Shown here piece by piece: positions 49,260 through 61,269 of a stretch of DNA of 64,000 bases (within the stretch, counting starts at the first letter, position 1; every line of letters begins with the position of its first letter). The translations under genes were made by a program, and so were the position numbers. This stretch comes from Marsupella aquatica (taxonomy: Eukaryota; Plantae; Marchantiophyta). The stretch spans positions 15,871,375-15,935,374 of the forward strand of contig OZ316897.1 of NCBI GenBank assembly GCA_973895155.1, given 5' to 3'. The notes below the pieces were generated by a model. It was not told the origin of the DNA, ran no database searches, and saw only the letters and a list, made by a program, of their open reading frames with translations.

Positions 49260-50452
49260 CTAGAGTTGAGTTGCCTGTGCATTCTGAGCCTCCTTCTGAG
49301 CTGGTTGCTTCTGTTGCTGCTTGGGCAATTTGTTGGCACCAGGTGCTTTGCCACTGGAAGGAGGAGCAGCTGATGCAATAGGAGCCCTCCTAGCTGGTGG
49401 GGGAGTGGAAATAGGAGCAAGATGAGTGGCCTGTTGTTGTAGCTGCTTCCTCTCTGGGAATTTGGCAAAACAAACTGCTTCCAAGTGACCCACTTTCCCG
49501 CAAAAATCACAAGACAGATCCTCAGCAACAATATCACGTTCATTAGCCTTGTGATTGGGGTTACCACAGTAGTTGCAAGATGGCAGCATGAAAGCAGCAT
49601 GTGCTGGCTTGGTCTTGGAACCATACTGTGGCACACGAGAAGGGGTGGCCAGTGTAGGGGCAGCAGCCTGGTACCTGGATTGCGGTGGATGCGCAATACT
49701 GGCCTCATAATGTGCATGGGCCAACTCAAGTTTCTCAGCAGTGTCATAGATATTGAGCAGGGTGTAGCTGTCTCCAAACTCTTAGAATACTTGCTGCAAC
49801 ACTTGCGAATGGAGAGCTGGTGTGCCCTCCAATGCGCAAAGATAGCGATGAGCAGCTTCCAGGTCAGTGATGCTCTGGGTGTCCTCCTTCAGCTTGAGAA
49901 GCCGGTGATACATCATCTTCAAGGTTTCATCGCGCTGCCTCACAAAGGTGGCCAACTGCATGATTTTGTCAGCACTCTTGATTGGGAATTCCAATTCAAG
50001 AACCTGGAAAAACTCAGCCATTGGATCAGCAAAGGCAGGAGAGTCAATGGTGGGAGAAATGCCTGATGTAGCCTGTGCCAAGACAGTGAGAGTAACTGGC
50101 GTAGTGGTAGGAACTGGAGTAGGAGGGGAAGTGGCAGGAGCAGTAGCATGGGCTGCAATGGCATTCTGTGAGGCCAATTGTGAGGCTGCCGCAATTGCAC
50201 TGGCATAGGTAGGGTTAGGCAATTGTGTGACAGCAAGCAGCCGTTGAGAATGTTGCTCATACACATCCAAAGCCTCATGGTGCACATACCTGGCTACCTG
50301 CTTAAATGCAAAAGCATTTGTGAAATTGCTACCGTACTCAACTCCAATTCGTAAACAACAGTGTAGAAAGTGGATTTGAATTCATGTAAAGAAACAGTGC
50401 CTGGCCGCCCACTGAAGCGCTCAATGCGGCCAGATGAGTGACTGGCATCCAT
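49260..50452 (-). pseudogene. Gag with two zinc knuckles
   Basis: IERFSG, RQRDETLKMMYHRL, CNYCGNPNH and CDFCGKVGHLEAVC. Confidence 0.8.
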
Positions 50453-53400
50453 GCTGTATGTCAGTGAAGCTGGAACAATCACTGATGCAGAAGGAGTAAA
50501 GGGCAGAGAAGCGATAGCAGGCTTCGGGGTAGTGGTAAAGCGACCACCAAATGTAGCAGAAGGATTGCGTGGTGTGGGTGTTGCTGCTGTCTGTTGGCGT
50601 CGTCAAAATTGCCGAGACTCCAATGAAATTGGCACCAACAGTCCTGGATCACTCCGTAAGTAGTACCTGGATGTCGGTGGCGATGTACTGCTACCTCCTG
50701 GCTCGTCTGTTGACATACTGTGTTGCAATACCTGATATACTGAAAACGTGCAAAATGTGTAAACACAAGGAAAAACCGTCACCATCGAAAAACCATCGGG
50801 GAAAAAGGACCCTTAAAACCTCAAATTTAGCCCCCTTCGCGTTTGCCTATGTATATGCCAAATTGACCGTCCGGTGTGTATACACCGGGCCGTATGCAGA
50901 CGACCTGACGTTGGCGACAACAAAGGAATATGAGGAAAATGGGCCCCCTGAAGTGTATACCTCGGGCCCCTATGTGGACCCAAAAACGGAAGGACTGGCC
51001 GGCCCCAATGCCCTATGCTGTCATCCCGCGCGCGGTGAATGAGCGAGAACGGCCGAAAACAAAAAGAAAAGGGCCTGAATTAAGTGTATACACTTCGGAC
51101 ACTCGGCGAAGGGAAAGAAACAGCGAATGTAGGGGGCCCCTCTTAATGGCACGAGCCCTGCATAGGGCTTCATGCCCCCTCCTTATGAGCTCCCGAGGGG
51201 TTATGAGCTCCCCCCTCCTCTCCTTCAATGTAATGTGGGCCTCGTGCCCTGGCAAAAGACTCCCGTGTGAGTTGGAATTTAACTCCCCTCCCCTCCTTTA
51301 ATGCTGCCTCGCTTCCCCCTGGCTTGACAGCTTGTGCTCAATTTCCCCTCCCCCTTGATTTTAATGCTTCATAGGGCCTCGTGCCCTCTCCCTCCTTGTG
51401 CAAAAATCTACTCCCAAGAGAAGGGAGTCAGCTCGTGACGGCAGCTACCGAGTAAAGAAAAGGGGTCGCGGCCAGGAAACAGCTCGCGACGGGAGCCACC
51501 TGAACAAAATGGAAAAAGGGGAGAAATTGGCCGGGAAACACCGAAAAACGGCCTCACGTATGTCGATCAGCAGCAAGTCGCCTCCACTTCGTGGCAGTCG
51601 ATTGGCAGTCGAAAGTAGGTTGTGCTGCGGCGCTGAATTGAAGCAGCAGTTGGCAGCGGCTGGAAACGAAAAACCCTGAAAGCAAAGCGCGAAGGAAAAG
51701 AGGGACGGGGGGCCTGTTTGACTTAAGTGTATATACTTAAGTGTATACACACAAGCCATAACTTCCACCCCATCGCTCAACGTTTTTCCATAGAAATTGC
51801 ACCGGCATCAATGGAAAAATGTCAATTGTCTCGAGCAATTGAGAAGCACAGCGTCTCCGATCTTCTTCCCCTCATCACAGTTCTTCTTGAATAAAAGGCG
51901 TAAGAGAAACAATCGTACTGAAATCGAATCGAAAATCGGCGGGATGCCAAGATCGGCCAGGAGCATCTAACGAATCACTGTGTGAATCCCATGTATGGAA
52001 CCGACGAGCACTGTCTGAGCTCTGTCAAGAGCGATTCAAGAAGAACTAAAACCCAACAAAGAAAGACATGCCCTAAGTAAACAAAGTCCTAGCGTCACAC
52101 TAACAAGCGCGTTTGCTTCAAGAACGCCTGGAATTTGCTATAAGAACATGTTGCTAACTCAAGTAGTATACTAACCCTAACTACATACCTAGCGGGCATG
52201 CGAGGGACATGCCGATGTGCATAAGAGGCACTGTCCCTCGGCATGACATTGTGGTGAACATGTTCTCAAGTCCCAAAGTAACACTAATTCTAGTCAAATT
52301 TTTATGTTTCCTGTATTTTTTACTCTAATTGAGTCCAAAGTCACACTAATTCATGCGAGCCTGATAATTCATGAGTAGAGCTTCATGAGTAGAGCTCACA
52401 AAACTATTCCCCAGAATTAGTGTGAGTAACACATACCCTACCCCAGTGAACACAGCCTACTGTAGTTAATTTTCCCTCAAAGTGGCTGAGACTTTCACAG
52501 GACTGGAATCCAGCGACTAAGCGAGTTTGTGCACTAGACACAAGGCTGATTTTTTTGCTTTGCACATTAATTGCCCAGGGCATACACTAAATTTGATTGA
52601 CGAGTAAAGCTCGCAGAGGGAGCCTACCAGGGGTGGTGGCCGAGAGATAGGCTTGCACTGTGCTGGATGACGGGAGGCAGGTGGTGGAGCTACTATTTGA
52701 TTCATGACGTAGCGGATTCGGGGATGCATTGCCAGTCAGCTTTTTGTATTTTTGGTTCCGGCTGCAGCCGCAATAGGAGACCGAGAGACATGCAGACAGC
52801 CCTTCCTTTTCCAATTTCCATCCCACTATCGACGACTTTTGGCAGACTTCACACGAGAGACAAACGCAACCCATTCCGAAGCTCTCACAAACTCAATAAT
52901 AGTTGATGCTGATCCGAACTTTTCATGACGACAGTAGAGTACGTCGGTGGATGGCTATTTTTGTAGTCAGAGATCCTTTATCGTGGGCGAAATCGATCCT
53001 TTCATCCTAATTGGCAGACGCCTCATTGGGAAGTTCGTTTGTCAGCTATGTTGTGGAATCGTCGAGACAGTCGCGAGTATCAAAGACTCTGATGAGGCAC
53101 GAAGAAGACACAGAATCCCCTACACAGAAAGCACCGGCCAGGTTGGAGCCGAATGTGATTTCTTTCATAAATCACGGGATTCACATTAAATGCTGTCGTG
53201 TTGCGTCTGCTCTATTAGTCGGTGGCTGCCGTTCGATGCTCGTAGAATGAAATTAAATACATATAAAAAACCATTTGCTGGCATGCTGCAGTCCACGGTC
53301 TACTGGTAGAACTCGAGAGTGGACGAAAGTGGGCAGTACTTTGGTTGGTTTTCCTTTAAGTTATTTGCTTTGCCTCGGTGGCTAACACTTTCGACTCTGG

Positions 53401-56400
53401 GTCCCACCTCTTCATCTGGTCCCACTTCAGTAAAATTTATCAACTGATGGCACTCTCAAATCTCAACACAGATGCGCAACACATGCCAATTGACATGCAG
53501 TTTTGCCCCTCCTCTCCTACCTTGCACTGATTTCATCCTATTCGAAGCCATGCAGTTCATGCATCCCTGGTGTACTGCACATTGGACTGCGGACCACTGA
53601 GTACGTACAAGATCTAGTCAACCTTGCTGATCTGAAAGTACGCGCACCTATCCTACCAGGATTCTAGGTCGAATTTTGTGGCAGATAGTAGCTCCTAGTT
53701 TCCATATTTCCCCACATAGCTCCAAATTCCAGTTAGGCCAAGGTTTGACAGACACAGGACGAGCGCTTTACATATGAATCAGGAAAACAGTCAGGATTAC
53801 TCTAAGTGCTTCTAAATAGCCAAAGTAATCTTTCAAAGTCAGCAAGACTGAGTATTTGTTTCTTTTCGATTATGAGAGCCTACGAGAAAAGTATACAATT
53901 GACTCCACGGATGGGTTACTTTAGACAGTCTTCTTAACCTTTGAAATGAGGAGAAGGATTACTTCAAACCAATTCCTAACTAGATCACGGTGGTGAACAA
54001 ATCTACGTTGGTAGGCAGGGAAGGGTGTCTGGCCCACAATTGATTGCATCGCTTTCAGGTCGCATGATTGTATTGCTGTTATACTAGTACTAGTGGCATA
54101 GCCGGCAAAGGTCTGTACTCACCGAGGCCGGTCCTCGGACCATAACGGCTGAGCAAGTACAGAAATGACTGCAACTTTTTTATCGTCCGGTGGAATATCA
54201 ACGTCACATCATTCTGATTGTCCATCAGGACTTGGGAGAGTTGAGCTTTTCACGAGCAAGGCAATTTCAAAGAACTCAATAAAATAATAGGTCTTACAAA
54301 ACTTAGGATCATCTACAGTAGGTGCATCTTTGAGGCCACCAAAAGTTGTGACAGACTGATCGATCACAGCCTGAATTTGTGAGATGTCATTGACGTTGAA
54401 AATGATCTAGTTGAACACTCGATCGAGCATGACTTTATGTCCTGATTCTTACGTAATAATCATGGCTTCCTTTCTGCTCTCCTCTTTCTGTTCTCTTCCG
54501 AGTCTGTAAGGGGAGTCCAATTCGTTTGGGCAGGCTGACAAAAGTTGAGAGTAGAATGGATGTTTAATTAGACTGTCGAGGCTCTAAAACAGAAGAAACT
54601 TTGCGCTAACGAAATTGTATGTTTTGCTCTTGAGAAAGTTCAGAAGAGACCAGATTTGCACTTAATGTGGCCAAATTGTGCCGAGTGAAGGTGAATTGAG
54701 GGTTGCCTCAGATGAACTACTTAGAATTTGAATCAGGGTTGAAACTGCCAGACGGGCTTTGGGATGTGCTTTGCTCTAAACCACGGGCATTTTTGCAGAA
54801 GCAGAATCATGAGACAATTGGCATGGGACAACTCCAAGTTCACCACTGGAACTACTTGATGCGTCATTTTGCAGGTATCAGTGATGTCAAGTATTTAGAA
54901 CACTGCCAAAGAAAAAAGGTGCCCAGCAGGGAGACACCGTTCCAAATGCTAGGAAATCAATGAAGGGGAGAAGACCAGGCAAAACCCCAGAAGACCACAA
55001 AGCCAAGAAAACCCAAGAATCCGGGCCCCACAGCCAGGCCCACAGCGAATCAGTTTTTTCTCATTGTTAACAAGGTTCAACTCGGGTATGACCCCCCCCC
55101 CACCCCCCCCCTTGTGGGCTACCTTACAGAGGTGCATGCTCCAGACTTGATCTTCTATCTCTTTCCTCTGTGGCTGGGTCAGCTTTAGGTATTCAAGGCA
55201 AAAAAGAAAACTCCCCTTGTTTACCAAGGTTGAACTCGAGTTGAGTGTGCATCAATCACATGAGACTTTGTTCTAAATAAATACAAAATGTATTTAATAG
55301 CCTGCCAGGCTCGAGCTTAGGGTGTCAGTAATCAAAGATAGAGGTCAATGCATGTTACAGGAATTCATATTAATTTATTCCTGCCATTGAAAGTTGACAC
55401 CCATCAGGCAAGCTTATCTCCTTTCCCACAATTGTGTTCGTACTTTCGACTCTGTCAATGCAAATGGAGATCTGAATGGCGGGGTGGACGGTTTGGCGAT
55501 CACCATTCTTGCAAAAACTGGCGGTTGGCAGCTTGGATTTGGCTGTCCATCTCGAAATTGTTTTTTTTGCACATACAATGTGTCGTTTGGGGCACATTAC
55601 AACCAAATTTTGTTTTGTTTGGGCCAAGAGTGGGAGAAACAAAGCACAGGTGGAGGAAGCTTCAGCACCCCCTAAAAATCCAGGTAGTAAATGGTGCAAA
55701 ACATATGGGACTCCATTTCTCATTCACCACCCCCTAAAAATCCAGGCAGTAAATGCTGCAAAATATATTGGATTCGCATTTCTCATTCACCACCCCCCCG
55801 TACCCGAAGTTCCCCACAATCTCCCGAAGGCAAAAACCTCACAGAATGATGACCTCGTGCACGGTATGGGTCGGAATAGAAAGAATTCTTGAGAAACGGC
55901 AATCATCTTTCGTATTTCGAACCGGACGTTGGGAATGCGCTCCACCGAGAGAACGGTACATTTCTCCAGAACCGTAATGAGAACTCGTGGACGACGGAGT
56001 GACGCACTGTATGTATATGAGGGGACCGACTCATCGCATAATTGAGTAGACAGTATGTTCTCTCAGACATGGAGGAGAAGGAATTCGGAGCGAAATTCCC
56101 CGTTTCATTCTCGGCTGAGCAGCCGTTGGCTTAGAATAACGTGCATGGGCATTTGGGTCGACCTGAATAACGAACTTTCTGTTCAGATTGAAAGAATAAT
56201 GATCATGACAACAGCTGGGAAGGCGAGGGAATTTCGTTGTCATCATCATCATCATCATCCTCGTCAAAGAAGCAGCGACTTTCCGTCTCCATGGGGCGGG
56301 CCCTGTGGACAAATCATGGACGACGAAGAAGAAGAAGATGAAGCGAATTCAAGACACTGAATTGGGAATTGAAAAAAGTCTGTGAGGATTCGGGCCAATT

Positions 56401-56439
56401 GTGCTTTGCTCACTCAAGAGAAGCTCAGATAGGCGATCG

Positions 56440-59400
56440 ATGGCACCAGACGGAGCGGAGGACTTGTGTCCCGAAGGTCGAGAAGGTCGTGTTGCTGCTG
56501 ATCATAGCGGTCTCGTGGACTACCAGGACGACGGCCACGAAGACGACTCATCTGCTGCTGCTGCGAAGGGCCGTGACAATCTTCGTGATGTTTATGATGA
56601 AGTGGAGAACTTTTATCTCCAAAGTGGTGCGGGAGCAGTGTCGATTATGCACTTGCCGCTGTGCGTTGGCGAAGAAATCGTCAGCGAGGGGGATGGCGCG
56701 GCGGAGGAGGGGCTGCAAGAAATCTATCTGGTGGGTCAGAGTGTCAGTGAATCGAGGGAAATAAGGGTCTTAGCAGAGAAGTGGAAGCTGGGCTTTCATC
56801 CGAATGCTCCTCCGACGTTCCTCGTCAAGACCGCTTGTGGTTGGTAAGATTCCCAATAATTGGAACACCATCTCCGTTGATCTCGAAGAAAGATTTTCTT
56901 TCAGTTGCTGTTGTACATTTGCATTGTTTACATGGGAAGCAAACTTTCGTATATTTGAGCGACAGTTTCGTAAATTAGCAGTGATCACTAGGGTGAATAT
57001 GGAACGATTCTATGGAGTAAGGTTCTCCTCAACATGATTTCACGTCCAAATGAAAACTAATCTTTAAGTCTTCGTTTCTAGCTAGGTTAAAGTTTAACGT
57101 CAATGGTCCTAGGTCGTCAGTAATATTTCCCTTCAATTCAGGTTGAATCCTATGATAGGCTTTAATTTCCATTTGAAATTTGTTTTCTGCACCACGGGAT
57201 TGAAGAGGAGAATGGCAGCATAGAGATCTCGAGTTCTGAATTTTGGCCGACGTATGTAAGTGTTAAGAGAAATGTCTCCACTCTAGTGTTTCTGCTAATT
57301 GAAAAGAAAGCCAGCGAGTGTAGAATCATGCATACACTCAATGCAATGGACAGCGAGTCTTCAAAACAATCACTTCAATCTCAATCGAGAGCATAGGGAA
57401 CTAACATCTCAGCAATCTAGCTGTCAGCCTACTAAGCTGCAAAATTTCTTAACCAGATGTGTAATCTACGTCTAAATCTCCGATAGATTTTGATGGCGAC
57501 TCGAGTTCTGATTCTCCATTACTCATCTAGGGGTAGACGTTCATTTGAATAGCCGTAACAAAGCTTATAGTGACAATTCAAGATGGTGTACAATGAAAAA
57601 CGTATTCTGCAGGCTGCACGTACAGAAACCGAAAGTTGCATACCGGAGGATCATGACCGATGGGCTCACCCTTGCCCATTTTCTCCATTTTGCCAGAAAG
57701 AACCCTTCTTCTCCTGCAAGCACAGTGAGAGAATACTTGGCGGATCAGTTGAGGTGAGATTTTCTAGGTTGCCAAGGCTCCAAACATATGGTCCTTAGAA
57801 TGCTCGATCGAATCTCCAGAGGTTCCGAGCTTCATTAGGTTTCTTCTTCGTGCCCACTTAAAGACTTTGGACACCAGGCCCGAGTTTCCATTCGTATAAC
57901 TTAAACGGTCCTGCAGTCGTTCTCGTGTAGACACTGGATCTGAGCTTTGCGAACATGTGATTTGGCAGTCAAGTTGGAGAAAAGCCATCCCTGGACGAGC
58001 TCTCTGACTTTTTCCCAGTCATCAGAAGATTTATGCAGGCAGACATTGAGATGGAAAACACCAACGTAAGCCTCCGCACCAAACATAAGCTTCATCTGCT
58101 AGTTCTATATATAATGCATTTTTCGAATAGCCTGGTTAGATAGGCCTATTAGTTGCAACAGGATGATGGACTCTGACTGATTTCTGGCCCAATCTGGAAT
58201 TCGATTAAGCTTCTCCTGTCTGAGTTTAGTCATAACCTTCTTCATTTGGGAGTAGTACATTATGGCATCATATATAGAAGAAAGTATACGCTTTGTAGGA
58301 AAATTGAAGGTTACGATCAAGAATGCTATTTAACGTCTGTGTTTATCCCCCTCTAGCTCCAATGGAGAGGTTGAATTAGGTTCGATCCTTAATTTGGTGC
58401 GTTTCTTAGAATTGATGATAGTTCGATTTCTGTGAGACTTGACCTACTCACCGTGTGCAGATATTAAGAGAATTTTTCCCGGGTTACTTCACCGACGTGG
58501 TAGCCTCCTATACACCTAGGGAAACGCAAGAGAGAAGTTTTCAGGAAGAAAAATTACCTGCCAATGGATATACCACTGACCTCGATGAAGGGACACCGGA
58601 AGAGGTGAAACATCTTGAAAAGCAGGGAGTCAAGAGGACCTCAAACTCAAAGACAACCAAAGCACAGCGGGCCAGTGTTAATGCAGAACTTCGGAATCTC
58701 CACTCGCAATGGTGTACCTTACTCGGAGGTCGAGCCACCGTGAAGGCAGATAAGAAGCCCGCGTCAAACAGAAGCCGCCCATCAGAATGTCAAATATCTG
58801 CCTTAAGGAAATCAGAGCGCCCAAAGTCTGTGTCAAAGAAATTAGAGGCCTACAATTCTGCCTCAAAGAAACCAGAGCCTCAACATCGGGTGCCAAAGAA
58901 AGGCCGACCATCAGCTGCAGACAATAAAAAGTCTATGTCAAAGAGGCGCCGATTATCAGAATTTGAATGTCCAGAATCAAAGAAGGGTTTGACTTCAACT
59001 CCATCTTTGGAATCGAAGCCCTCAATTTTGGATCAGCAAGAGAAATCGAGAGCTTCGGCAAAATTACTGAATATTCGAAAATCTGAAGAAAAGACTACGA
59101 ATCTGAAACGGAGGAAGGGGGACATAAAGCCTGCTCCATCGGACAGTGAAAATCGGGCGCCTGCTCCGGGGAGGGTGATGGTGGGTGTGGGTAATGCTTC
59201 AACAGATATTTATGATCGGCTAGAAGATCCCCCCATTTGCACAATTTGCGATGACGGTGGTGACTTAATATGGTACGTATCTACCCTCCGTACCTCCCCG
59301 TGCTCATTAAACACTAGATTAGCCTGAACAGATTCTCACCGAAATCCCCATTGTATGAAGAGCACATGAGGACCCAGTCCTGAGTAAAAAGCCCATGCCA

Positions 59401-61269
59401 AACCGATACATTTCAATTTGCTCGATCCGCAGATGCTGAGATGATTTCACTTCTTAAAGGACTAGTTTGAGGCAAGGCATGTGTATCATTCGTATTCCTT
59501 CCTTCTGGAGTTTCGTTTTCCTGAAATCGAAGTCTGGTAGATAACATCCCTGGTGCATCACGTCGTGGAATTTGCCTTCCGAGTTTTGCTTATCACCTTG
59601 ACAGAGTAATTTAGGCTAGTGGATATCAGCAAAGGTTCGAGCCCGAGAGAGACTTCAAATGACATTCACTTGGCAAAGAGCGTCGCAACAGAGGATAATC
59701 TTTTAAAATAGTAGGACTCTTCTGCCACACATACAGTTCAGCAGGTCAGTTTGTTCTAGATTTTACAGGACTTAAAACTTAAATCAACCTTCAGTGATTC
59801 ATGATATTGTACTGAATGTTTATGTACAGTCTTGGTACCTGGCCCATTTGAGTTGCCGTGACTTTAAGATCATCGACTTCGCATAAGTTCGCATAAATAG
59901 TGTAATTGAACCGCAAAGTCACTTGGTTGGGAGCATTTAAATTCGTTTCACTAACTTCAGTTCGGTGTAGCTGCGAAGGCCCGTGTCAAAGACACTTTCA
60001 TGCTACACCAGGAAGGGACACGTCCTGCAAGACTCTCGGCTTAACATCAGAGCTAGTCAAAGTAAGATTCTAACCATGCTCTAGGAAAACTTATCCCCAT
60101 CCACGGGTTTTCTCGACTGTTCTACAAAATTCTTTGAAAGGAGATCAAGGAAAAACCCGGCGATGAATTGTCTGTTTTGCTAAAGATCTGGTAAAATTTC
60201 TTTGATTACAGTCTTACTTAATACTGAATTTCGGCTCCCTTTTTATGTTACAGAAGATAGACATATTTTACTGCAAGAACTGCCTCCTGAAGCAGCACCA
60301 ATGTTTTATTTGTCATGAGCTGGGGTCCTCTGCCCCTTCTCCTCATGGGCCTCAAGAGGTTCGTCACCTAACTACCTTTGGCTATCTTATCCTGAACGTC
60401 CGTTGGTGACTCACGTTTCTATGGGTTGTCGTTTCGCATGTTCTCGCTGATCCTGATCCAATTTCTTGCAGGTATATATTTGTGATGCGCCAGGGTGTAG
60501 AAAATTCTACCATGCAGATTGTGTTGCAAAAGTCCTAGATCCCGAACTAGATTGGATAGCGATAGCTGAAAGAATTCAGAGAGGTTTGCATGGATTTCTT
60601 TGTCCCCGTCACTCTTGTGCTGTGTGCTCGTTCAAGGAGACACAGCCTGGAATTTTTGTTCAGTGCCGACGCTGTCCAAAAGCCTGGCACAGTGATTGCC
60701 TCACTGAGTAAGTCATTGTCTTTTCCTGACAAGTGCTATTCCTTTTCGCAGCTTCTTGAATTATTTCAAGGTCTCTTCATGAGGCAATCTCTTTCATTCC
60801 ATCAGAGACTTTGTTTGTGAGAGCTCTATAGCACGAGAAATATAATGTTTACTGCATAATTATAACAAGAGGGTAGCAGGCAAGAAGTAGTGATTATAGT
60901 AAATAAATTCTGCATTCTACAAATTAATTGCCATGCAATTTGGTCTAGTCAAGATTTCGTGAATAGCTCAATCTGTGTAATCCAGTGAGCCTTTCCCTGT
61001 GCAGCTTTTGTTTCTCTGGTGAACTGCCAAATACCTCCATATGGAAACATTATGATCGAGAGTTCATTTATTGCAAGTAAGATTTTGGCAATTCACTAAA
61101 ACACAACAAATTTTTGTGAGTAATTGCAATTTCCTTCTTTCCCGAACAATAATGAAGACTAATTTCTGGAATATGCAGGCAACACGAAATACTGCCACAC
61201 ATTTTAACCCCAGCTCAAGACCACCTGAGGTTTCCGAAGGATATAAAGGGAATTACTCCTCCAGAATAG
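56440..61269 (+). CDS. EDM2-like PHD-finger chromatin protein; 9 exons: 56440-56843, 57613-57753, 57969-58065, 58461-59272, 59971-60061, 60254-60358, 60472-60707, 61005-61076, 61179-61269
   Basis: GT-AG junctions join in frame. N-terminus VENFYL...LPL...W.H.QKPK..Y...HFLHFARKNP. PHD array CTICDDGGDLICCEGPCQRHFHAT...CKNC..KQHQCFIC..LGSS...EVYIC...C.KFYH..C...FLCPRHSC..C...QCRRCPKAWH..C, then IYCKQHEI...TPAQDHLRFP, all typical of EDM2. Confidence 0.85.

Larger units (their letters stand above)
43017..50452 (-). mobile_element. Ty3/Gypsy-type retroelement carrying a C5 DNA methyltransferase and a PHD finger (decayed)
   Basis: Domain order gag (ERFSG; two zinc knuckles), protease, DNMT, RT, RNase H, integrase, PHD. 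A G-rich PPT-like tract lies at ~42978-42984 (minus strand). Confidence 0.92.

Noticed and set aside
56055-56360. His-run / MDDEEEEDE ORF as the EDM2-like N-terminus
   Set aside because: It ends in a stop at 56360 with no evident splice into the 56440 frame; at most a uORF.
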